Position numbers and translations under genes: made by a program. The notes under the pieces are model-generated. The model made no database searches. It saw nothing but the letters and a program-made list of their open reading frames with translations, and was not told where the DNA came from. Positions 40,801 through 52,079 of a stretch of 64,000 bases of DNA are shown here, piece after piece (position 1 is the first letter of the stretch; the number at the start of each line of letters is the position of its first letter). Source of the DNA: Lama guanicoe (Eukaryota); NCBI GenBank assembly GCA_013239625.1, contig MU053792.1, positions 1,072,112 to 1,136,111 of the forward strand. The letters run 5' to 3'.

Positions 40801-42880
40801 AAATAATCAAGGTTAGAGGAGATATAAACAAATAGAAAACAGAATGACAAAACGAAGAGTTAGTTCTTCGAAAAAATACATAAAAGTGACAAACCTTTAA
40901 CCTGACTAACCAGGAAAGGGAGAGACAGAGACTGAGAGAGAAAGAGAGGAGGGGGTGGGATAGAGGGAGGGAGGGAAAGAGAGACAGAGAGGGCAAGAGC
41001 AAGAGAGAGAGAGAGACAGAGAGAGAGAGCTGGCTGAGAAGCTAAATAAATAAAATTATGAATGAAAGAGGAGACATTCCGACTGGAACCACAGAAATAC
41101 AAAAGATCATAAGAAACTACTACGAACAATTATATGACAACAAACTGGACAACTAAGAAGAAATGGATAAATTCCTAGAAACGTACACCCTACCAAGCCT
41201 GAATCATGAAGCCCAACTTCTCTAAGGCTGAATCAGTAATCAAAAGGGAAGTCTCAATGAAGAAAAGTCCAGAATGGAGTCACAGGTGAAATTCACTGAA
41301 CGTTTATAAAAGAATTAAGGTCAATTTTTTTCAAATTCTTCAAAAATACTGAAGGGGTGGGGAATACTCCTAAACACATTTTATAAGACCAGCATTACTG
41401 TGGTAACAAAGCCAAATAAGGCCACTACAAAAAAAGGAAACTACAGAACAATATCCCTGATGAGTAAAGATGCAAAAATTCTCAACAAATTACTAGCAAA
41501 CCAAATTCAACAGCACATTAAAAGGATCATACCCCATGATGCATCCTGGGGATGCAAGAGTAGCTCAACATACACAAATCAATAAATGTGATTCATCACA
41601 CTAATAAAAAGATAAAAATCATATGATCATCTCAATAAATGCAGAAAAAAATCTGAAAATTCAACATTCATTATGAAGATTCTCAATGAACTGGGAATAG
41701 AAGTACTTCGACCTAATAAAGGCCATATATGACAAGGCCACAGCTAACATCATACTCAATGGTGAGAGGTTGAAAGCTTTTCCTTTAGTGTCAATACCAG
41801 GCTGAGGGTACCAACTCTTATCATTCACTATTCAACATAGCACTGGAAGCTTCAGCCAGAGTAGTCAAGAAACAAAAACAAATAAAAGGCATCAGACTCG
41901 GAAAGGAAGAAGTAAAACTGGCTTTGTTTGCAGATAACATGATTTCATATATAGAAAACCCTAAAGACTCCACCAAAAAGTATTAGCAGTAATAAATAAT
42001 TTCATCAGGGGAGTGCTAATGCTAACCCCCAATATATCACCTCATACTTGTCAGCATGGCTACTGTCAAAAACACAAGCAATAATGAGTACTCTTAGGGA
42101 TGGGGAGAAAAGGAAAGAAAACTTTGTACACTTTTGGTGTGAATGTAAATTGGTACAGACAATCTAGAAAATAGCATGAAGGTTCCTCAAAAAATTAAAA
42201 ATACAAGTCCACATGACACAGCAATTCAACTTCCGGGTATACATCCAAAAGAAATCAAATCACTCTCCTGAGGAGGTATCTGTATCCCCATGTTCACTGC
42301 AGCATCTACAGCAGTCAAGACATGGAAAAACCTTAAATGGGTGAATGATGGATAAAGGAAATGTGATATACACACACACAGGAAAATTACTCAATCATTA
42401 AAAAAAAAGAAGGAATCTTGCCCGCTGTAACAACATGGATTGACTTTGAGGGCATTATGCTAAGTCAGATAGAGAAAGACAAATACTGTATGGTATCACT
42501 TATATGTGGGATCCAGAAAAAACCAAATTCATAGAAATAGAGAACCAACTGGTGTTTGCCAGAGGTGGGAGGTGTGTATGTCTACATGTGTGTCAGTGTG
42601 TGGAGTGGGGCAAGGGGAACTGATTGAATGTGGTCAAAATGTACAAACTTCCACTTACAAGATAAATAAGTTCTAGTTAACAATACTGTACTGAATATCT
42701 TAAAGTTGCTAAGAGAGTAGATCTTACAAGTTCTCATCAAAAGAAAAAAAATTGTAACTGTAGGTGATAGATGTTAACTAAACTTATTGTAGTAATCATT
42801 TAGCAATATATACATATACCAAATCATGATGTTGTATACAATGTAATAATGTATCAGTTATATCTCAAAAAATTGGAGGT
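37900..42880 (+). mobile_element. L1 (L1MA8/9-like): ORF1, partial ORF2 with internal deletion, 3'UTR
   Basis: ORF1-like QTEILELTNTMTSLKNSVESFNIRL; ORF2-like WVKIFQANGNQKKAGV and [31 protein letters not shown]. 3'UTR 'gatgttaactaaacttattgtagtaatcattt'. Confidence 0.85.
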
Positions 42881-42990
42881 GGGAAGCCAAACATATACCA
42901 TATTCCCCAATAGTCATGACAGGGGCATTTAGCCTAGAGAAATGAAAACTTACGTGGGCATAAAAACCCACACAAGATTTTTCACAGCAT

Positions 42991-44165
42991 CTTTCTTTTC
43001 TTTTCTCTTTTCTTTTTCGTTTCCTTTCCTCCTCTCCTCTTTTTTCTTTCTTTCTTTCTTTCCTTTTCTTTTCCTCTTTCTTTCCTCCCTTTTCTTTTCT
43101 TCTTTCCTCATTTACTTTATTAAAGTACAGTCAGTTACAAGGTGTCAATTTCTGGTTTACAGCACAATGTCCCAGTCATGCATTTACATACATATATTCA
43201 TTTTCATATTCTTTTCATTAAAGGTTATTACAAGATATTGACTATAGAAAATTTTTAAATCTATTTTTATATATAGTGGCTAACATTTGAAAATCTCAAA
43301 CTCCCAAATTTATTCCTTCCTTCCCCTTTCACCCCAGTAACTGTAAGATTGTTTACTATGTCCGTGAGTCTGTTTCTGTTTTGTAGATGAGTTCATTAGT
43401 GCCCTCTCTTTTTCTTAGATTCCACATATGAGTGATATCATGTGGTATTTTTCTTTCTCTTTCTGGCTTACTTCACTTAGAACGATGATCTCTAGGCCCA
43501 TCCATGTTGATGCAAATGGCATTATCTTATTCTTTTTTATGCCCGAGTAGTATTCCATTATAGAAATATACCACTTCTTTATCCAGTCATCTGTCAATGG
43601 ACATGCGACTGACAAAGGTTTAATTTCCAGAATATATAAACAGCTCAACTTAATAACAAAAAAACAACCAAACCTAAAAATGGGCAGAAGAGCTAAATAA
43701 GCAGTTCTCCAGTGAAGACATACAAATGACCAAATAGTCACATGAAAAAATGCTCAATATCACTAATTGTGAGAGAAATGCAAATCAAAACTACAATGAG
43801 GTGTCGCCTCACACCAGTCAGAATGGCCATCATTCAAAAGTGCACAAACGAAAAATGCTAGAGAAGGTGTGGAGATAAGGGAACCCTCCTACACTGTTGG
43901 TGGGAATGCAGTTTGGTGCAGCCATTATGGAAAACAGTATGCAGACTCCTCAAAAAACTAAAAACAGACCTAGCATACAATCCAGCAATCCCACCCCTGG
44001 GCATATACCCAGAGGGAACTCTAATTTGAAAAGATACATGCACCCCAATGTTCATAACAGCACTATATACAATAGCCAGGACACGGAACCAACCTAAATG
44101 TCCACTGACAGATGACTGGATAAAGAAGCTGTTGTATATTTAGATAAGGGAATACTACTCAGTTA
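42991..44165 (-). mobile_element. L1 with 5' inversion (minus 42991-43604, plus 43605-44165)
   Basis: T-rich tail and reverse 3'UTR followed by a forward ORF2 3' segment. TSD-like flanks acagcatcttt / atagcagcttt. Confidence 0.85.
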
Positions 44166-45674
44166 TAGCAGCTTTATTCATGCAGTCAAAAACTAGAAAC
44201 AACCAAAATGCTGCTCAATGGGCGAATGAGTATACAAACTGTGGTACATACATCCATACCATGGAATACTAAAAAGAAACAAGCCACTGATATACACAAC
44301 AACTTACATGGATTACCAAGGGCAATATGATGAGTGAAAAAAAAATAATCTCAAAAGGTCACATACTGTATGATTCCATTTCTACAATATTCTTGAAATG
44401 ATAAAAGTATAGACATGAAAAACAGATTAGTGGTTTTGAGGGATTAAGGACTATGGAGTGGGGGCTGGGGGGAGGTGGATAAGCACAAAAGAGACCTTTG
44501 CAGTGATCTATATTAATCTGTGACTTGATTGTGACAGTAGTTCAGGAACCTACACAGGTGATAAAATGACACAGAATTATATACAGACAGTATTAATGTC
44601 AAATCTCTTGTTCTGAATTTGCACAATAACTACGTAAGATATAACCACTGGAGAAATTGGTTGAAGGATATATGTGATTTCTCTGTACTATTTTTGTAAT
44701 TTCCTGTGTATCTGTAATTATCTAAAAATACAAATTGAAAGAAAAAGACAACGATAATTCAAATCAAACTATTTTGATATTACCATTTTGTTCTGGTTCA
44801 AAAAACTTAGAAAATATAAAGAAAATATCTTTTTTTTGGGGTATCAGTGGTTCCTCAGTTTTTGAGAATAAGTTGAATGTAAAACAAAACAGCTAAAAGG
44901 TACGCAAACCTGAGACTTTCAAAAGGATAAAACCCATATTTCTGCATAAAGGCGTATGTCTCAAGAATATCAATTTAAAAAACCCAACGACAAATATTTT
45001 TATATTAAACTCATTGCCATTAATAACATGAGTGTAATTTGGATTTTGTGTTGGATCAAGTCAATTATTGAGGCTATTTATGAACAAGAGTGAAACCCAA
45101 CAACATAACTATGAAGAAATTCTTATTTCTATAGATAGTCACAGAAAGCAAACTTTACTAGAAAATTTCAAATATTTTCAAGTAACTATTCTTAAATATA
45201 TCAGGATCATACATAGCTATTTACTTTCATAAAGTTGTTAAAAGATAAAGCCTGCCATATATATTCTATACAGAATGACAAGTCCAAGAAGCTAAAATTT
45301 TTGTTTCTTAAATTTGGTTTTTAATATATCTCTACTTATGTTAGTGTATTTTGCTAATACCAAAGAATCTGGGATTCAGAGCTGAGGGAACAGAGTCCTC
45401 AATTGTCCATCAATTACGAAGTGACACCTACTGAGGCTCTGTGAGGCTCTGGCTTCCTCATCCGCCAAGTGGACACACCAATTACACTGTACTGTTGTGA
45501 TGCTTAGATGATAATAATGAATATTAGATTAATGTTGTCAAGTGGTATATAAATGTAAGTAGTTAAAATCAATAATAACATACACTTGGCCAGTAATATT
45601 ATGTTAATTCTTAAATCTTGGTAAAAGATCTGTAAAGCAATTTTTTTCCTCCAAGTTATTCTGTAAATTCAACA

Positions 45675-45975
45675 TCATATTTCACTAATGTTAAGACACA
45701 CATTTTTTCACACTTAACATATCTGAAATTGATAGATAGGAATCTTACAATCACTTCTAGTTAAATAGCAGTCATAACATATTTGTCATTAGAGGCACCA
45801 AAATGTGAAGGATGTGTATCAGTGTCTTAAAAGAAAATCCTGAATAATGGACATTCATTTATGAAATGATGCATCACCGATGTTCCTGATAACAGAAAAC
45901 GGTATTATGTAGAAAAACATGGACACTGAGACTCTGGAGTTGAAGGTGAATTAGAAAAGATAGACTCTGAATATA
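45675..45975 (+). mobile_element. TcMar-Tc2 (MER104/Kanga-like) fragment
   Basis: 'tatttcactaatgttaagacacacattttttcacacttaacatatctgaaattg...atcttacaatc'. Confidence 0.6.
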
Positions 45976-45995
45976 AGCATCTCAGCTAATTAATT

Positions 45996-46030
<35 letters not shown>
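45996..46030. repeat. (TG)n(TA)n compound microsatellite
   Basis: Directly visible. Confidence 0.9.
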
Positions 46031-46784
46031 TTTTTTTAACAAGTAACAAATTATCACTTATTGTTCCAATACTGAAATGCTTATATTTCTTTAATGGGTG
46101 TACAAGGTTGGTATGATTTTTTTTTAAAAGGGCTTTCCCTAAGTACAAAAAATTCCAAGTGATGAAAAGCTGTGTCATAGTTAAAACAGCATTTTTTTCT
46201 TTCTTAGTAGCACGTAAAACAATTGCGTATTTTTTAAAAACGTATCTCAGCTTCAATGAAGCATCTTCCTGCCCAAAACGCTGAATCACTTTTTAAAGCT
46301 ATTCTGGTTCTTTCTTCTAATGTTTTCCATTAGTATTTGACTTTTTAAAAATGAATCAATAAAAGTACAAGAATCAAACCTCAGAACCAAGTCTTTGATA
46401 CTAAGTAATGACAAAAAAGCATATGCATCTTGATAGACACGAAATATTAAACTAAAGCTGTGCTGGGGCTGATCTGGACTTTGATTTAATCAGATCTTTC
46501 AGTGATATTAGTTTGGTAACTGATGTTTCAATATAGAGTATGATTTCTGGCTTATTCTATTCAATATTTATTGTAGAGTGCTAACTCTATGCCAGGTACT
46601 AAATGAGGCACTAGAGAATGGAGAATAAAGGCAGACATTATTTATCCCTGCTTTCCTGATGTTTCGTATCTGAAATGGAAGACGGACAAATTATAAATTG
46701 TAATAAATACTATTAAGAAACAACTGGGAAATAGAAATAGAAATGAATAGTAGGGGGAGCATTCAACTTCAGATAATGACAATG

Positions 46785-47140
46785 GTAACAATGAGAACTT
46801 ACATAGTGTTTACTCTGTGCCACGCTCTATAGCACATGCTTTACATACTCTCACCTTCAAAACAACAGTATGAAATAGATGCTACTATTGTCCCTACTTT
46901 ACAGGCAGGGAAAATGAGGCTTAACATATCTGAAATTGACAGATTGTCTTATAATCACTTACGTCAGGGGGGCAGTCGTAACACGTTTGTCATTGCACGT
47001 GTACGTGCAACAAAATGTGAACAACGGGTTATCAGCGTCTTGGAAGGAAACACTGAAGGTAACAATGGCCAGCAAGTAAGTAGGGACCTGGGATGGAACC
47101 CCAGACAGCCTGGCTCCAGAGCGCATCCTCTCATCCACTA
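46785..47140 (-). mobile_element. MIR SINE with a ~135 bp internal Tc2-like insert
   Basis: MIR left part 'cctactttacaggcagggaaaatgaggc' and right part 'gacctgggatggaaccccagacagcctggctccagagc'. Confidence 0.7.
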
Positions 47141-47917
47141 CAATATTAGGGAGAGACTTTCTGAGAAGGTGTCACTTAAGTTGACACCTGAATGATGTTC
47201 TGAAGGTGAGAGGTTGGTGAGGGAAAGCCTGTATAAAGCTCTAAAGTGGGAAAGGGTCCTTCAGCTCTAGGATATGAAAGAAGGCCAGCATTGCTGGAAT
47301 ATAGTTAATGAGAGAAAGAATACTGGGGAGACAGAGCAACAGAAGGCTAGCCCTATAGGCCACAAGGAGCTGGAATTTTATTCTAAGTGAAACTGGAATT
47401 ACGGAAGACTGAACTGGACATGATCTGATTTATTTTTTTAAATAATTTTTCTGGCTGATGTGTGAAAAATGAATTAAAAGAAGGTAAGATAGAATCCAAG
47501 TCATTCGTTTATTCAACATATATTAGAAAGTCTACAAAGCAGCTATTATTGTAGTAAGCACTACTCCAGATACTGGGCATACAGTCAAAAACAAAAGAGA
47601 CGAGGTCCTCCCCTCTGAGTGTACTTTAGAATGGTGACCAGACACACAAACCACCCCTTCTCCTACATCCACAATTTCTCCCACTCTCCTGAGCATTTTC
47701 AGTTAGCATACAAATTTTAGTATCTCTCATCTTCAAACAAATATCAAACAAACAAAAATCTATCCTTTGATCTTTTATTCTCCTCTAGCTACCATCCTAC
47801 GTTTCTACTTTCAGAAAAACTTTTTTAAAGAATTGTCTGCAGTTACTTCACCTCCAGTTATCATTTCAAGCCAATACAATCAAGTTCCTCTCTTTCACTA
47901 TATTAAAATTGCTAGTC

Positions 47918-49625
47918 ACTGGAATGAAAACTTTTTAAATTTGTATGGAAACACAAAAGACCCCTAACAGCCAAAACCCTCTTGAGAAAGAAGAACAAAG
48001 CTGGAGGTATCGCACTTCCTGACTTCACACCATACTACCAAACTACAGTCATCAAAACAGACGATACTGAAAAATTGTGCTCTACAATGGAATTTGACAC
48101 AACATTGTAAAATGATTATAAACCAATAAAAAATGTTAAAAAAAAACAGTAAAATACTGGCACACAAAAACAGACATACAGAACAATAGAGCAGGATAGA
48201 AAGCCCAAAAATAAACCCACGCACTCATGGTCAATTAATCTACAAGCAAGGACGCAAGAATATACAATGGAGAAATTTTCCCAGTGGTGCTGGGAAAAAT
48301 GGACGGCTATCTGCAGAAGAATTAAAGTAGAACATTCCCTAACATCAGATACAAAAATAACTCAAAATGGATTAAAGACTTAAATGTAAGACCAGATACT
48401 ATAAAACTCCCAGAGGAAAACACAGGCAGAACCCTCTTTGACATAAATCTCAGCAATACTTTTTTGGATCCATCCCCTAGAGTAATGGAAACAAAAGCAA
48501 AAATAAACAAGTGGGACTTAATTAAACTTAAAAGCTTTTACACAACAAAGGAAACCATAAACAAAATGAAAGACAACCTATATAGAATGAGAGAAAATAT
48601 TTGCAAACGACGTGACAAAAGCTCAATTTCCAAAATACACCAACAGCTTATACAGCTCAGTATCAAATGAGCCAATCAAAAAATGGCAGAAAACCTAAAA
48701 AGACATTTTTCCAAAGGAAACATACAGATGGCCAACAGGCACATGAAAGGATGCTCAGCATTACTAATTATTAGAGAAATCCAAATCAAAACTACAATAA
48801 GGCATTACCTCACACTGGTCAGAATGGCTATCATCAAAAAGTCTACAAATANNNNNNNNNNNNNNNNNNNNNNNNNNNNNNNNNNNNNNNNNNNNNNNNN
48901 NNNNNNNNNNNNNNNNNNNNNNNNNNNNNNNNNNNNNNNNNNNNNNNNNAAAAAACTAACACAGAGTTACCATATGATCCTGCAAGCCAACTCCTGGACA
49001 TACATCTGGAAAAGGCAAAAACTCTAATTTGAAAAGATACATGCACCTGAATGTTCACAGCAGCACTATTTACAACAGCCAAGACATGGAAGCAACCTAA
49101 ATGTCTATCAAGTTTGGATGGGTAAAGAAAATGTGGTATATATACACAAGGAACTATTACTCAGCCATAAAAAATAAATAAATAATGCCATTTGCAGCAG
49201 CATGGATGGACCTAGAGACTATCTTACTAAGTGAAGTCAGACAGAGGAGGATGAATACTGTATGATATCACTTTTATCTGGAATCTAAAACAATGATACA
49301 AATAAACTTATTCACAAAACAAAACAGACTCACAGACATAGAAAACAAACTGATGGTTACCAAAGGGGAAAGGGGGTGGGGAGGGATAAATTGAGAATCT
49401 AGGGTTAACAAATACAAACTACTATATATAAAACAGATAAACAACAAGGGCTACTGTATTGCACAGGGAACTATACACAATATCTTGTAATGACCTATAA
49501 TGGAAAACAATCTGAAAAAGTATATATATCTATGTATAACTGAATCACTTTGCTGTACACCTGAAACATTAAAAATAACTGAACATCAATATAAATAAAT
49601 AAACATAAATAAATACAAGTAAATA
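47918..49625 (+). mobile_element. 5'-truncated L1 (ORF2 end + 3'UTR) inserted into L2
   Basis: [18 protein letters not shown] and [23 protein letters not shown] fragments, with an (AAAT)n tail. TSD-like flanks taaaattgct / taaaatcgct. Confidence 0.9.
48852..48949. other. Assembly gap (98 N) inside L1
   Basis: Run of N whose length is similar to the homologous L1 segment in the copy at ~36.63-36.73 kb. Confidence 0.98.
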
Positions 49626-51777
49626 AAATCGCTCATGTCAATGTCACCACACTACGATCTTGCAGTCAAATGCTAACTTCTCTCTCTGTCTTACTTACCT
49701 CTCAGAAGTATTCACATTGTTAATTAGTTCCCCCTTCTTTTTTATGCCACAACACTTTTTAGGCTTCCTATCTACTCCTCAGTCTGATCAGGGAAGCTTC
49801 TAGCACTGTGATTAAGGGCGTGGACTTCTAGACTTGAGTCTGAAGACAGGCTGGTTCAGAAGTGCTTACCGTGGAGGACAAACACAGGAAGAGAATGTTT
49901 CCCTTTCTTGGGCAAGATAGAAAACTTGATGGAGGTTTAGACTAGAGACTGGAGATGGAGAGAAAAGGATGGATTTTAGCTCTATTTTAGAAGTAGAACC
50001 AATAGAATTGGGGACAGATCAGATACAGAAATCCGTAAAGGAATCGAATAAAGGAAAAGGGGAAATCAAGATTTCTTCCTTCAGTAACTGGAAGAATTGT
50101 GGAGATATTTATTGAAGTCTTAGAAAGGAAGTTTTGCAATGGAATAAAAAGCTAATGAACATTACCTAGAAAAAAAAATCACTGAATCTTAAGAGATGAT
50201 CTCATCTGATGCTTTTCCATCGAAATTGAGACCTGGGAGAGGTTATGTGAGTTACCCAAAGTCACCTAGATAATTGGTGGAAGCACTGAAAACAGAACAA
50301 GAGTCTCTCAGAATCCTGCTAAGAAGCCACAGATCAGGATTCAGCAAGATGACTATTACTCACAAGCCTGCTGAGTCGTCATCACTTCAGTCTTTTCCCC
50401 CCTAACCAATGCAATAAAAAATACTGTAATAAAGCTTGGGGGTTTGTTCAATATATTTAAGCAAGTTAGTAACTGTACACTTTACATTTCCTTAAGAAAA
50501 AAGTAAGGAAAGTAAAGGTAGACAGAATATAAATATCAGTGTTAGCTCACAAAAAGAATTAAATCTAGTGTAAAAGTTCATCAAAAACATATGCGAAGTC
50601 TATTATCTGTAAAAGGCAAGGTACACATGAATTTCCCCCTCAAGCAATTTACCTTCTAATTTGCAAGATAACACACATATAAATATTTCAGGCCAATAGG
50701 AGAGATGTCATAAGGCAGTACTAGAATAATTGCCAAATGTATATATTTTTAAGTACTCTGAGGTAGATCTTTAGAAAAGGTAAGGTTTGAGCTAAGCCTT
50801 CAATGAAGACAAGAATTTATAAAGTAGATAAGAAAGTGGATTAAATTGAACAAACCTATAATGCCCACCAGGGTACCAGGCTCAGGGCTGGGGGGGTTGG
50901 GAGCGGGATGAGTGAGCTTTTTACGTATGTTCCGCAGAGACATCCTCTTTGGAATGACATTTAAGCTGAGATCTGAATGATAAAGAGGAACAAGGAATGT
51001 GATGGTGGGAGAAAAGAATATTTGGAGTAGCAAGAATAAGCACAAATAATCACGGCATTACCTGCCTGTATTAGGCTCTATAGACTGAACATACAGAGCT
51101 TAGGTGAATGGCAAAAGAGTGGACCATGAATTCCTAAACCTGAATTTAAATAATTTCAAATACTCTTTCTGATCTCAGTTTCAGATAACAAATATAAAAT
51201 TGTTTTAGAAACAGAAAAGTAATATACCAAAATTGTAAAAGTCAGTTCCAGAAGACAAGAATGGAAAAGTTTTAATATGATTCTTAGATACATAAAGTTA
51301 AAGGTGGAGAAATGAGTTGTAATCATTGCTGATCTGTAATCAGTAGATACTTCATACTTTACATAGCTTCACATTTTCTTCTATCACAGTTTTTTGTACA
51401 TGTTCTATCGTCTTTGCCAGATTGTAAACTCTGCAGATGGTAAGCTGATACAGTACCTGACACAGGATTTTAGTATTAGCTACACTGATATATCAAGCCA
51501 GTAATTCATTTTACAGCCATTTAAGGATTTGTGTTTGTATGTGTTCAAGATCCCATCGACTTGCAAATGATTGGAGGAAGTTCATGATATCTCGAAAAGT
51601 TAAAAGAAACAAATACAGATGAAAACAGAAGAGAACCCATCTTAAAGATGGAAATAATCCGCAGAGAACTGTGTTATTATTACTGGTGGCCTTTAGCTAA
51701 CATTCCCTGGCAGCCAAAGAGGGGAATCGGCTGAATCCCAGGGTGGCATTTAATCTACCACACGGTGAGGCACTTAC

Positions 51778-51969
51778 ATTCATGGTCAGAGATCAACTTT
51801 TCCCTGGACCAAAACCCGCAAAGATCTCTGATCCGGAGCAAGTAACTAACAGGGACACAGAGTAACTATGGAGGGCTCCCTAAATTATTTGGTTCTGTTG
51901 CTTTCAAAGCAAGGACCTCTTTTAACAATGGAACCACCGGTGCGTCAACAACAGGATCCTGTTCTCTCC
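51778..51969 (-). other. KBTBD3: Candidate KBTBD3 5' (UTR) exon
   Basis: Consensus donor AAT|GTAAGT at 51777-51772 in non-repeat sequence adjacent to the CpG island. The acceptor is uncertain (TTAG at 51970-51971 or CAG at 51959-51960). Confidence 0.55.
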
Positions 51970-52079
51970 CTAAGGCTCTGGCCCAGGCTTGGCAATCGCA
52001 AAAACAGCACCTAGGTCACTTTATGGCCTCAACACAGTGTCAGCGTTAGCTCAGATGCTCCTTAGCAGCCCTGGTTTCA

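Larger units (their letters stand above)
29670..44745 (+). mobile_element. Ancient near-full-length L1 (L1MC/MD-like), fragmented by nested insertions
   Basis: Colinear decayed segments: 5'UTR/ORF1 (29.7-31.0 kb), ORF2 EN/RT (31.2-33.2 kb), later ORF2 pieces (35.4-35.8, 37.74-37.9, 42.88-42.99 kb) and 3'UTR (44.17-44.75 kb). Confidence 0.7.

Noticed and set aside
40915..41035. Leu/Ser-rich ORFs (also the Phe-rich ORF at 42942-43241)
   Set aside because: Translations of GA-rich and TTTC-rich simple repeats.
35939..41585. Multiple ORFs with L1 ORF1/ORF2 similarity
   Set aside because: Fragmented by stops and frameshifts; neither an active L1 nor a host gene.
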